A stretch of 64,000 bases of DNA from an uncultured Acidobacteriota bacterium. Lineage in GTDB: Bacteria > Acidobacteriota > Thermoanaerobaculia > Gp7-AA8. The notes below the pieces were generated by a model. It did not search any database. It saw only the letters and a program-made list of their open reading frames with translations, and was not told where the DNA came from. The stretch spans positions 288,001 through 352,000 of the forward strand of contig CAVUKB010000004.1 in NCBI GenBank assembly GCA_963741955.1, in the 5' to 3' direction. The position numbers and the translations under genes are program-made. Below are positions 50,415 through 58,752 of the stretch, piece by piece. How positions within the stretch are numbered: position 1 is the first letter of the stretch; each line of letters begins with the position of its first letter.

Positions 50415-51824
50415 TTAGTTGAAGTACGGCATGAAGAGCAGTCGGTCATTAGCCGGTACCCCGTCGTTGTCGAAGTTCGCCGGAAGTGCATGCGCTGAGT
50501 TATAGATCTTGGTCCAGATCATGCGTGGCGAGCTCGAAGGGAACTGTTGGAGATACCGCGCGGCCGCACCAGTCACCAACGGTGCGGCAAACGAAGTACC
50601 TGACGAAACCAGCTCGACCGTTTCAAGAGGATGCAGCCACTGCGGGTCGTCTCGATACGCGGTGGAGGAGGCGATGTGGGCTCCGTGGATCGTATATGCG
50701 GGAGCGTAGATGCTGACGCATGGACCGACATTGGACCCGGCATCCCGCGGACCACACGAGGCACACCTGTAGAGTTGATCACTCTCGTTCGTCCCACCAA
50801 CGGTGATGACGAGATTCTGGTCGGGATCGTTCGGGTTGGTGAAGATGCCTCCGTAGCCCAATCGCGCAGGACTCTGAGTACCGCAGTTGTTGCCCGCTTG
50901 GTTGTTCGCGGAAGCCACCATCACGATGTTCGACTGGAGCATGTTCATGATGACGTACTCCAGCGATGAAACGCAGTTGAACGTACCGCCCTGCGTGTCC
51001 GTGCAGTTATCACTGGTCTCGAAGTAGAAGCTCATGTTGACGACGGATCGCCGCCCCGAGGCGGCGACTTGTCCGCTGATCCAATCAAGTCCCCACATGG
51101 CTCCTACCGTGTAGAAGTTTCTCAGCACGCCAAAGTTATTGCATCCGCTATAGAACTTCACCGGAATGATCCGGGCCGAGCGCGCGACCCCGGTGCTGTA
51201 TCCGGCGACGAGCGACGCGACCGCGGTGCCGTGTCCGCCATTGTAGTAGTCGTACCATCCTCCGCAGGGATCGTCGGCGGGGTACTGAGTTGGTGGGTAC
51301 GGCACATCGAGGCCGGCGTAGTTAGCGCCCGACGTTACCTGCCCCGCGTAGAACTCGGAATGATTGTTCTTGACGCCACCATCGAGGACGTAGACGTCGA
51401 CACCGTAGCCATCGTACGTGTAGCTGTATGGCTGTCCATCGAGCGGTAGATTCTGCTGATCGATCCGATCCAGATGCCACGGCGGGCTGGAAAGATGCAC
51501 GACTGCGGCTTCTTCGATCATCTTGATTCTCGGATCGTGAAGAAGGCCCAGAACCTGTTGCTCAGTCGCATGGATCGCGAACCCGGGAATGCCGTGTTCG
51601 TAGATCGCGACCACTCTCCCCCGCGCACGGGACGCCATCTCGCCAGCAACCGAGCGAACGTGCGACAGCGGCACGGCGCTGTCGTTCAGAAGGATGATGT
51701 ATTCGTCCTTCACTTTCTCGGGCGATCTATGGAAGAGCGCCCCGGTGGGTTGTGCGAACACGAGTGACGCGCTGAAGCACAGGAAGAGCGTAACACACGA
51801 TCGAATCAGATCTTTGCGGTTCAT
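50415..51824 (-). CDS. Secreted S8 subtilase with I9 prodomain (locus 2)
   Basis: Signal peptide, I9-like DEYII...PGFAI...MIEE, PWHLDRIDQ, triad VLDGGV / GHGTAVAS / SGTSFAAP; Cys-rich. Confidence 0.92.
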   Translation of the reverse strand: MNRKDLIRSCVTLFLCFSASLVFAQPTGALFHRSPEKVKDEYIILLNDSAVPLSHVRSVAGEMASRARGRVVAIYEHGIPGFAIHATEQQVLGLLHDPRIKMIEEAAVVHLSSPPWHLDRIDQQNLPLDGQPYSYTYDGYGVDVYVLDGGVKNNHSEFYAGQVTSGANYAGLDVPYPPTQYPADDPCGGWYDYYNGGHGTAVASLVAGYSTGVARSARIIPVKFYSGCNNFGVLRNFYTVGAMWGLDWISGQVAASGRRSVVNMSFYFETSDNCTDTQGGTFNCVSSLEYVIMNMLQSNIVMVASANNQAGNNCGTQSPARLGYGGIFTNPNDPDQNLVITVGGTNESDQLYRCASCGPRDAGSNVGPCVSIYAPAYTIHGAHIASSTAYRDDPQWLHPLETVELVSSGTSFAAPLVTGAAARYLQQFPSSSPRMIWTKIYNSAHALPANFDNDGVPANDRLLFMPYFN

Positions 51825-52187
51825 TTCACTTCTTTCCTTTCCCTTCTCAGTTCCGACGGTGGGGTTCCGCGCGGTGACGGTCCCTTCAATTGAGGAGTAC
51901 CGGGAGGGTGGTGTTTCGGTACCCAGGGCCGAATTGCTGTGACCGTTTCGTCACACGCCACCCTGACCCGGATCGCCGGGATCGAGAGGATTCGAAGGTC
52001 GGAAGGCCGGAGAGAAATCCGAAACGCATCGAGGATCGAGGATCTGAGCGCGGCAGGATCGCTTCTCTTCCTCTCCACGGTTGCGCGAGGGGCGCCGCGG
52101 CTTCTGCCGCGGCGGCACGGCGAGAGCCGTGCAGCTCCAATGGGTCTCCGGAGTGTCGCAACGGACGTTTCCGCGCAGCTCCCTGCT

Positions 52188-52236
52188 CCGCATTTCTCAG
52201 TCGTCTTAGGAGCAGAGGCGGTGTGAGAAATGCGGG
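52188..52236. repeat. Degenerate short copy of the MITE-like element
   Basis: CCGCATTTCTCA...GGTGTGAGAAATGCGGG, same ends as 58447-58739. Confidence 0.65.
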
Positions 52237-52279
52237 CCCGGTTTCTCTCTCCGCTCACTTCGGGCAAAATGGAGCCGCC

Positions 52280-53347
52280 ATGAATCGTGATCGTGACCTC
52301 GTCGATCCGCGGATCGAACGGGCTTCGACCATTCCGTCGGAGTGGTACTTCGGCGCGGATCATCTGGAGCGCGAGGTCGATCGAGTCTTCTCCGCGACGT
52401 GGCAACTGGCCGGCCGGCTGGACCAGCTGGACGGCGAAGGCGCGTACTTCACGACGACCGTGGGTCGAGAGCCGGTGATCGTAGTCCGTGGCCGCGACCG
52501 GACCGTCCGCGCGCTCTCGAATGTCTGCCGGCACCGCGCCGGGCCGGTGACGCAGGGCGAAGGACAGCGTCTCGCATTCCGCTGCGGCTATCACGGCTGG
52601 AGCTACGGTCTCGACGGAGCCCTCCTCGCGACTCCGGATCTCGACGGCGTGGAGGGATTCCGGAAGGAAGATCACTGTCTGCCGTCCTTCCGCGTCGAGA
52701 CGTGGGGACCGCTCGTCTTCGTGAATCTCGATTTGGCCGCTGCGCCGCTCGCCGAGTTCATGGGCGACATCCACGAGCGGCTTGGAAATCGAGACCTGGC
52801 CCCCTACCGCTTCGTGGAGCGGAAGGAATGGACGATCGAGTGCAACTGGAAGGTCTACGTCGACAACTACCTCGAGGGATACCACATCCCGATCGTCCAC
52901 CCCGGCCTCATGGCGGAGCTCGACTACGCGAACTACCGCACCGAAACACGCGACTGGTACTCGATCCAGCACTCGCCGATCCGCAAGCCGAAGCACCTGC
53001 GCGTGGCGGCCGAGGGGGAGGAAGCGCAGTACTTCCGGATCTTCCCGAGCCTGATGCTGAACGTCTATCCGGACAACTACTCGACGAACCTCATCCTCCC
53101 GCTCGGCCCCGATCGCACGCTCACGATCTTCGACTGGTTCTTCACGGACCCCGACGCAGCGGAGACGAGGAAGAAACTCGAGGACACAGTCCGCTTCAGC
53201 GACGAGATCCAGATCGAGGACATCGGGATCTGCGAGAAGGTGCAGAAGGGCCTCCGGTCGCGGACCTACCGCCAGGGCCGCTATTCGCCGCGCCGCGAGA
53301 ACGGGGTCCATCACTTTCACCGGCTGCTGGCCGGCGCGATGAAGTGA
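52280..53347 (+). CDS. Rieske non-heme iron oxygenase alpha subunit (choline-monooxygenase-like)
   Basis: NVCRHR...CGYHGWSY (Rieske), NWKVYVDNYLEGYHIPIVHP, EDIGICEKVQKG. Confidence 0.9.
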   Translation: MNRDRDLVDPRIERASTIPSEWYFGADHLEREVDRVFSATWQLAGRLDQLDGEGAYFTTTVGREPVIVVRGRDRTVRALSNVCRHRAGPVTQGEGQRLAFRCGYHGWSYGLDGALLATPDLDGVEGFRKEDHCLPSFRVETWGPLVFVNLDLAAAPLAEFMGDIHERLGNRDLAPYRFVERKEWTIECNWKVYVDNYLEGYHIPIVHPGLMAELDYANYRTETRDWYSIQHSPIRKPKHLRVAAEGEEAQYFRIFPSLMLNVYPDNYSTNLILPLGPDRTLTIFDWFFTDPDAAETRKKLEDTVRFSDEIQIEDIGICEKVQKGLRSRTYRQGRYSPRRENGVHHFHRLLAGAMK

Positions 53348-53411
53348 AGGGGGAGCAGGCTGATAGCCTGCTCTTTCATCGGGAGGGCGAAACGTTATCG
53401 GCGCGACTCGG

Positions 53412-53600
53412 TGTCGCCCCCTTACGGGGGCTCACAATTCCTTTCTGCGCTTGTTCCGACCCCCGCCTGACGGCGGGGGCTACACGAAGTTGCGCCCTTC
53501 GGGCTTCTCGAGCAGCTGTTCCGCGAAACCCGAATGACACTGGCGTTCCGATAGCCCGAAGGGCGATACCTCCGGGACATGGAGATTCGCCCTTCGGGCT
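53412..53600. repeat. Cluster of REP-like hairpins
   Basis: GCCCCC-ttac-GGGGGC, CCCCCGCC-tgac-GGCGGGGG, GCCC-ttc-GGGC, and inverted pair AGCCCGAAGGGCGA (53553) / TCGCCCTTCGGGCT (53587). Confidence 0.7.
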
Positions 53601-53732
53601 CGTCCGAGACAGGTTCATTTTCCCACTCCGGATCCTGAGACCGTCTTACTTCTCCGCCGGCGGGGGGGTAGGGTTTTCCCTCTCCCGGGCACTCCTCTGA
53701 TGAGCGGAGGGTCCGCTCGAGGAGGTGCAACC

Positions 53733-54086
53733 ATGGACGACCCGAGAAGGGAGAAACTCGGTTGGGCGAACGAGGAGGTCCTGCGCGGTGCGTACGGCAC
53801 TCTTCTCGAAGCGCGGGAAGTGATGATCGAATCGCTGGTGCGCCGTGGCTGCGACCGCGACAGCCGGGAGATCTTCGTCGATTCGCTGATCGTCGGCGTG
53901 GTGGGGCATCTGCACGAGGTGGCCAGCCGGATGGAGCTCTACGCGGGGAAAGTCGAGGCGGAGGGAGGTTTCGGCTCCTACGCCACGAATCTCTGCGATC
54001 AGATCGTCTCGATGGTGATCGAGCTCGATCCCACACTGCGGAGAGACGACGATGTCGCGAATCTCCTTCGCTTCCGGCGAGGGTGA
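53733..54086 (+). CDS. Hypothetical protein
   Basis: Strong GAGGAGGT RBS; host-like codon usage; no recognised motif. Confidence 0.6.
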   Translation: MDDPRREKLGWANEEVLRGAYGTLLEAREVMIESLVRRGCDRDSREIFVDSLIVGVVGHLHEVASRMELYAGKVEAEGGFGSYATNLCDQIVSMVIELDPTLRRDDDVANLLRFRRG

Positions 54087-54117
54087 CGTCGCACGCCCGT
54101 GCGGACGTCGTCCGGTC

Positions 54118-54792
54118 TCACGAAGCCGGGCTGACGGCACTCCTGCAGTAGCGGCAGAATTCCGCGGCGGTCAGGATCATGGAGCCGCAGGCTGGACACT
54201 CCCGCTGGGGACGTCCGAATGGATCGGGTGCGGAGCCCATCTCCTCCGGCGTCGCGTAGAGATTCATCGCTGTTGCGGATTGCGCCGGCGCTTCCGCAAC
54301 GTCGCCGAATGTGTTCGTCACCCGCACGGAAACTGTCCAGTACAGAAACCAGATCACGGAAAAGAAGAAGAGGCGAACATTCTGAACGATCGCCCCGTGC
54401 ACCGCCGCGTCCACCGCGGGCCAGGCTCTCTCCGGCAGGAGCCGGTGGAAGTCGCCCAGCACGACCTTCGACGCGCCGACGTCGATGATCGCGTAGAGGA
54501 TGAGAAGAGCGAGGTAGGCCTTCCAGAACAGCGGTGCGCCGGGAGCGCGGCGAAACGTGAGAGCGATCCCGATGATCGGGAGAATGATCTGCCCGATGTG
54601 CATCAGCGCTTCCAGCGTGAGGAGGGTATGAAGGTACGAGATCCGGGCGCTGAATCTCCACGCTTCCCCTGAGAACTCCGAGAGTAGGCTCTTCATCCCG
54701 GCGAGCGCGATGGTCACCGTGAGCCCCTGGCCGATCACGAACAGCATCATCCATCCTGCCACGCCTGAAGGTTGCCTGGTTCCCGTTTCCAT
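54118..54792 (-). CDS. DUF2569-like membrane protein with C-terminal zinc ribbon
   Basis: GVAGWMML, four TM helices, WFLYWTVSVRVTNTF, CPACG...CRYC. Confidence 0.7.
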   Translation of the reverse strand: METGTRQPSGVAGWMMLFVIGQGLTVTIALAGMKSLLSEFSGEAWRFSARISYLHTLLTLEALMHIGQIILPIIGIALTFRRAPGAPLFWKAYLALLILYAIIDVGASKVVLGDFHRLLPERAWPAVDAAVHGAIVQNVRLFFFSVIWFLYWTVSVRVTNTFGDVAEAPAQSATAMNLYATPEEMGSAPDPFGRPQRECPACGSMILTAAEFCRYCRSAVSPAS

Positions 54793-55012
54793 GGCTCCTC
54801 CGTCGGAACGGACTCCGTCCCGTCACTCTGGTCTGAAAGGAATGTCCGATTGTACCTCGGCGGAGCGACGGTCGAAAATCTCCCGTCCTGAACGGGGGTC
54901 GAAGCGATCGGGGTGCACTCGACGCACGAAAGCTGCAACTCCGCTCAGCGTCGCGTGTGAGCGCAAGCCATGAGGCTCGCGCCCACGCAATCCACACTCG
55001 CGCGAACGGCGA

Positions 55013-56671
55013 TCACGCCTGGCGCAGAAACGCGTCCTCTGGGATCGCCGCATGCGGAGCGAACGCCGGCGCGCGGCGCGCTTTCGTCGCCTGTTCGAAC
55101 GCGTACGCGTAGCGGATCAGCTGCGGCTCGGTCCAGGCCGTCCCGATGAAGGAGATGCCGACGGGCAACCCGAGGACGAATCCTCCCGGAACAGTGACGG
55201 TCGGATACCCCGCGACGGCCGCGGGCGACGAGCTGCTGCCGGAGAATGAATCGCCGTTGACCAGGTCGATGAGGTGCGCGGGGCCGTTGGTGAGCGCAAC
55301 GATCGCGTCGAGCTTGTTCGCCTTCAGTGTCGCGTCGATCCCTTTGGTGCGGGAGAGCTCGAGGTCCTTCGCCAGCGCGTCCTTGTACTCCTTACTGTCG
55401 AGACCTCCCTTCTTCTCCGCCATCAGGAGGATCTCCTGACCGAAGTAAGGCATCTCCTGCGCAGGATGTGCCTTGTCGTACTCGATCAGATCCGCGAGGC
55501 TCCTGACCGGTGCCGCGGCGCCGAGGGATGCGAGGTACGCATTGAGATCGGCTTTGAACTCGTAGAGGAGAACTTCGAACTCCGAGTCGTCGAACTGGCC
55601 GAGCGTCGCCATCTCGACCGGATCGACGATCACCGCGCCGCGGTCGCGCATCGCGTCGACGGCGGCGTTCAGAATCGGATCGAGCTTCGGCTCGAAGTGG
55701 AGCTTGTCGGAGCGGAGGATTCCGATCCGTGCTCCGCGGAGGCCATCGACGTCGAGATATTTCGTGTAATCAGTGGAGACGTGACCCTTGCTGTCGGCGG
55801 TAGCGGAATCGCGCGGGTCGACGCCGGTCAGGACCGACAGGAGTGCCGCGGCGTCGGCGACGGAGCGGGCGATCGGCCCCGCGGTGTCCTGGCTGTGGGC
55901 GATGGGGATGATCCCGGCGCGGCTGAGAAGCCCCAGAGTCGGCTTGATGCCGACGACTCCACAGCATGAGGAGGGAGAGACGATGGAGCCGTCGGTCTCC
56001 GTTCCGATCGCGGCGGCGCAGAAGCTCGCGGCGGCCGCGGACGCGGAGCCCGAGCTGGAGCCGGAGGTCGAGCGGTCGAGCGCATGAGGATTCCGGCTCT
56101 GGCCTCCGCGGCCGCTCCATCCCGACGAGGAGTGGGTGGAGCGGAAGTTCGCCCACTCGCTGAGGTTCGTCTTGCCGAGGATGACCGCGCCGGCGCGGCG
56201 GAGCTGCGCGGCGATGAAGGCGTCGCGCGGCGCGATCGAGCCGGCGAGCGCGAACGAGCCGGCGGTGGTCTGCATCCGGTCGGCGGTATCGATATTGTCC
56301 TTGATCAGGATCGGGACGCCGTGGAGTGGTCCGCGCGGCCCGCTCTTCTTCCGTTCCGCGTCGAGCTGCTCCGCGATCGCGATCGCGTCGGGGTTGAGCT
56401 CGAGAACTGCATTGATCGCCGGGCCGCGCTGGTCGAGACGGTCGATGCGCGCGAGATACGCGGCGACGAGATCGCGTGCGGTGAAATGCCCCGCAGTCAT
56501 GCCGGCCTGCAGATCGGCGATGGAGGCCTCCTCGATCGGGACCGCGCTCTCGGCAGCGGCCGGAACCTGGCTGGCCAGAAGGGAGCGCCATGGAGTGAGG
56601 GAGGCGACCGCGGTCGCGGTGACCGCTCCGGTGAGAACGTCGCGCCGGGTGAGCTTCTTCGAGTCGGACAT
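55013..56671 (-). CDS. Tat-exported amidase-signature family enzyme
   Basis: TRRDVL Tat motif, GPLHGVPILIKDN, GKTNLSEW, GSSSGS, GTETDGSI. Confidence 0.93.
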   Translation of the reverse strand: MSDSKKLTRRDVLTGAVTATAVASLTPWRSLLASQVPAAAESAVPIEEASIADLQAGMTAGHFTARDLVAAYLARIDRLDQRGPAINAVLELNPDAIAIAEQLDAERKKSGPRGPLHGVPILIKDNIDTADRMQTTAGSFALAGSIAPRDAFIAAQLRRAGAVILGKTNLSEWANFRSTHSSSGWSGRGGQSRNPHALDRSTSGSSSGSASAAAASFCAAAIGTETDGSIVSPSSCCGVVGIKPTLGLLSRAGIIPIAHSQDTAGPIARSVADAAALLSVLTGVDPRDSATADSKGHVSTDYTKYLDVDGLRGARIGILRSDKLHFEPKLDPILNAAVDAMRDRGAVIVDPVEMATLGQFDDSEFEVLLYEFKADLNAYLASLGAAAPVRSLADLIEYDKAHPAQEMPYFGQEILLMAEKKGGLDSKEYKDALAKDLELSRTKGIDATLKANKLDAIVALTNGPAHLIDLVNGDSFSGSSSSPAAVAGYPTVTVPGGFVLGLPVGISFIGTAWTEPQLIRYAYAFEQATKARRAPAFAPHAAIPEDAFLRQA

Positions 56672-56709
56672 GAGGACCCTCCTGCGGGGAGAGAGTATCA
56701 GAGGGAAGC

Positions 56710-56852
56710 GGCGAGGGGCGAGGGACGAGAGGCGAGAGGCGAGAGGCGAGAGGCGAGAGGCGAGAGGCGAGGGGCGAGGGGCGAGGGAAGTCAGACGGGG
56801 CCGACAGGTCGGACAGGTCAGACAGGTCAGACAGGTCAGACAGGTCAGACGG
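56710..56852. repeat. Short-sequence-repeat tracts: 11x GGCGAG(A/G) then 7x GTCAGACAG (some imperfect)
   Basis: Counted directly: 7-mer tract 56710-56786, 9-mer tract 56790-56852. Confidence 0.92.
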
Positions 56853-56986
56853 GTCGATGCCGAGGGGCGGCACGGCTTCTGCCGTGCCGGTGCGCGGAGC
56901 GCACGATCATCGCGCTCGCGACGTCAGGCCAGAAGTCCCGACTCGCCGCTGCACGATTCGACGGATCCTTCCCTCGTCTTCACCCT

Positions 56987-57628
56987 TCACCCTTCACTCT
57001 TCTCTCGCCTCTCTCCCAGCATCCCCTCCAGAATCGCCGCCGCCTCGCGCGCACGGTTCTTCTGGAGCACCACGATCACTACCCGCCGCACACTCGACGA
57101 GCTCTCGCGCAGCGCGGCGATGATGGCGGCGAGTGAGACCTCGAACGGGAGTGCGGCGTGACCGGCTCCGAACGGAGGCATCGCCACGCTCTCACAACCC
57201 GCACGTTCGGCGGCGGCGAGCGCGTTCGTCACACAGAGACGGACGATCTCAGGAGAGGAGTGGTGGGAGTGGTCGCTGGCGATGCAGTGGATGAGCGCCT
57301 TGTAGTCGAGCATACCCGCGCTGGTGACGTGCGCGGATCCGGGAAGAAGCTCTTCCCGGCCGGTGCGCTCACGTTCGGCCGCGATGATCGCTTCGCACTC
57401 CCGTTTCATTCCGAAGCCGGCGCGGTCGCGGACTGCGCCGCCGGTGCCCGCCATCAGCGAGAGGCGCGGGTTGGTCGAAGTGCAGATCGCGTCCGCGGGA
57501 GCGTTGGTGATCTCTCCGGTGAAGAGGACGATCTCGAGACTCCGTCCCGACGCCGTGGCGATGTGCCACGAAGGGAGCTCGGATTCGGGTTTCTTCTGCT
57601 GGCCGAGGAGGCGGGAGAGGAAGGTCAT
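56987..57628 (-). CDS. Macro domain protein
   Basis: GEIT...ADAICTSTN..L..GTGGAV...AG, GSAHVTSAG, LIHCI, SVAMPPFGAG. Confidence 0.85.
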   Translation of the reverse strand: MTFLSRLLGQQKKPESELPSWHIATASGRSLEIVLFTGEITNAPADAICTSTNPRLSLMAGTGGAVRDRAGFGMKRECEAIIAAERERTGREELLPGSAHVTSAGMLDYKALIHCIASDHSHHSSPEIVRLCVTNALAAAERAGCESVAMPPFGAGHAALPFEVSLAAIIAALRESSSSVRRVVIVVLQKNRAREAAAILEGMLGERREKSEG

Positions 57629-57674
57629 GGGCGGGGACATTGTCCGACAGGAGCGGCGGCTCCGACAAGCCGCA

Positions 57675-58385
57675 CTACCGCAGAATCCTCCCCAGAACGA
57701 GCGCCACCGCCGTCTCCACGCGCAGCACGCGCGGGCCGAGCGTCACCGGCGTGAAGCCGGCGGCCTCGAACAGACGGATCTCGTTCTCGATGAATCCGCC
57801 GTCGGGCCCGATCGCCAGAGTCACCGGACCTTCGACCGCGTGAGGCGCATTCTCCGTCGCATAGGGATGCGCGATGAGTGCGCGCGTGCCGCGAGCGATC
57901 GACGGCAGCTCATCCTCGGCGAACGGCCGGAAATGCTTCCGCATCTCGATCACCGGGAGAACGGTGTCCTTGGCCTGCTCGAGCCCGAGCACGATCTGTT
58001 CGAACAGCGACGCTTCCGCGAGACGCGGGCTTTCCCAGAAGCTCTTCTCCACTCTCCACGAGTCGATGAGAAAGAGGCGTTTCACTCCGATCGACGTCAC
58101 CGAGGCGACGATGCGGCTCAGCGCCTTCGGCCGCGGGAGGGCGAGGACGAGAGTGATCGGAGGAGGGGAGGGAGGATCGGAGTCGAGCTCCAGTCGCATC
58201 TCGATCGCGTCCGCTCCGGCGCGGACCACGGTCCCGCGTCCGACCTTTCCTCCCGCGACGCCGGCGAGAAGCACGTCGCCTTCGACCGCGCGGTGCACTT
58301 CGAGGAGGTGGTCGCGCCGCCGTCCGGTGAGGAGGACCGTGTCGGGCCCGGTGAAGTCTCCGGGGAAGAGGAGGATCATGTTCAT
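57675..58385 (-). CDS. rsmE: 16S rRNA m3U1498 methyltransferase
   Basis: HLLEVHR, LALPRPK, GLEQAKDTVLP, IGPDGGF, LGPRVLRVETA (SPOUT fold). Confidence 0.9.
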   Translation of the reverse strand: MNMILLFPGDFTGPDTVLLTGRRRDHLLEVHRAVEGDVLLAGVAGGKVGRGTVVRAGADAIEMRLELDSDPPSPPPITLVLALPRPKALSRIVASVTSIGVKRLFLIDSWRVEKSFWESPRLAEASLFEQIVLGLEQAKDTVLPVIEMRKHFRPFAEDELPSIARGTRALIAHPYATENAPHAVEGPVTLAIGPDGGFIENEIRLFEAAGFTPVTLGPRVLRVETAVALVLGRILR

Positions 58386-58446
58386 CGGCCTGACTCCGTC
58401 TCGCGCTCGTGTATCGGGGGATTGTAAATGTCCTGGGGAGATTCCG

Positions 58447-58739
58447 TAGCCCGCATTTCTCACACCGTCTCGTCGCGAGGAGGCGGAGAGTGGCTTGGAT
58501 GCAAGGCGCGCCCGGCTTCGGCAACGAAGGCATAGTGGTGACTATGTCGAGGAGCCGAAGCCGGGCGCAACGCAGCAGACAGGCCGCTATCCGTCTCCGC
58601 AGCAGAGATGGTGTGAGAAATGCGGGGTAGGGTCATCCCGGCGACCGAAAACCTCGGTCCCCCTTTACCGTAATACCCCCATAGCCCGGAGTTCTCACAG
58701 CGTCTCCGCAGCAGAGACGATGTGAGAAATGCGGGCTAG
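58447..58739. mobile_element. Two adjacent MITE-like elements (58447-58630 and 58682-58739)
   Basis: Terminal inverted repeats TAGCCCGCATTTCTCACA / TGTGAGAAATGCGGGCTA, with TAG at the ends; no coding capacity. Confidence 0.65.
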
Positions 58740-58752
58740 AATGGCTTCCATC

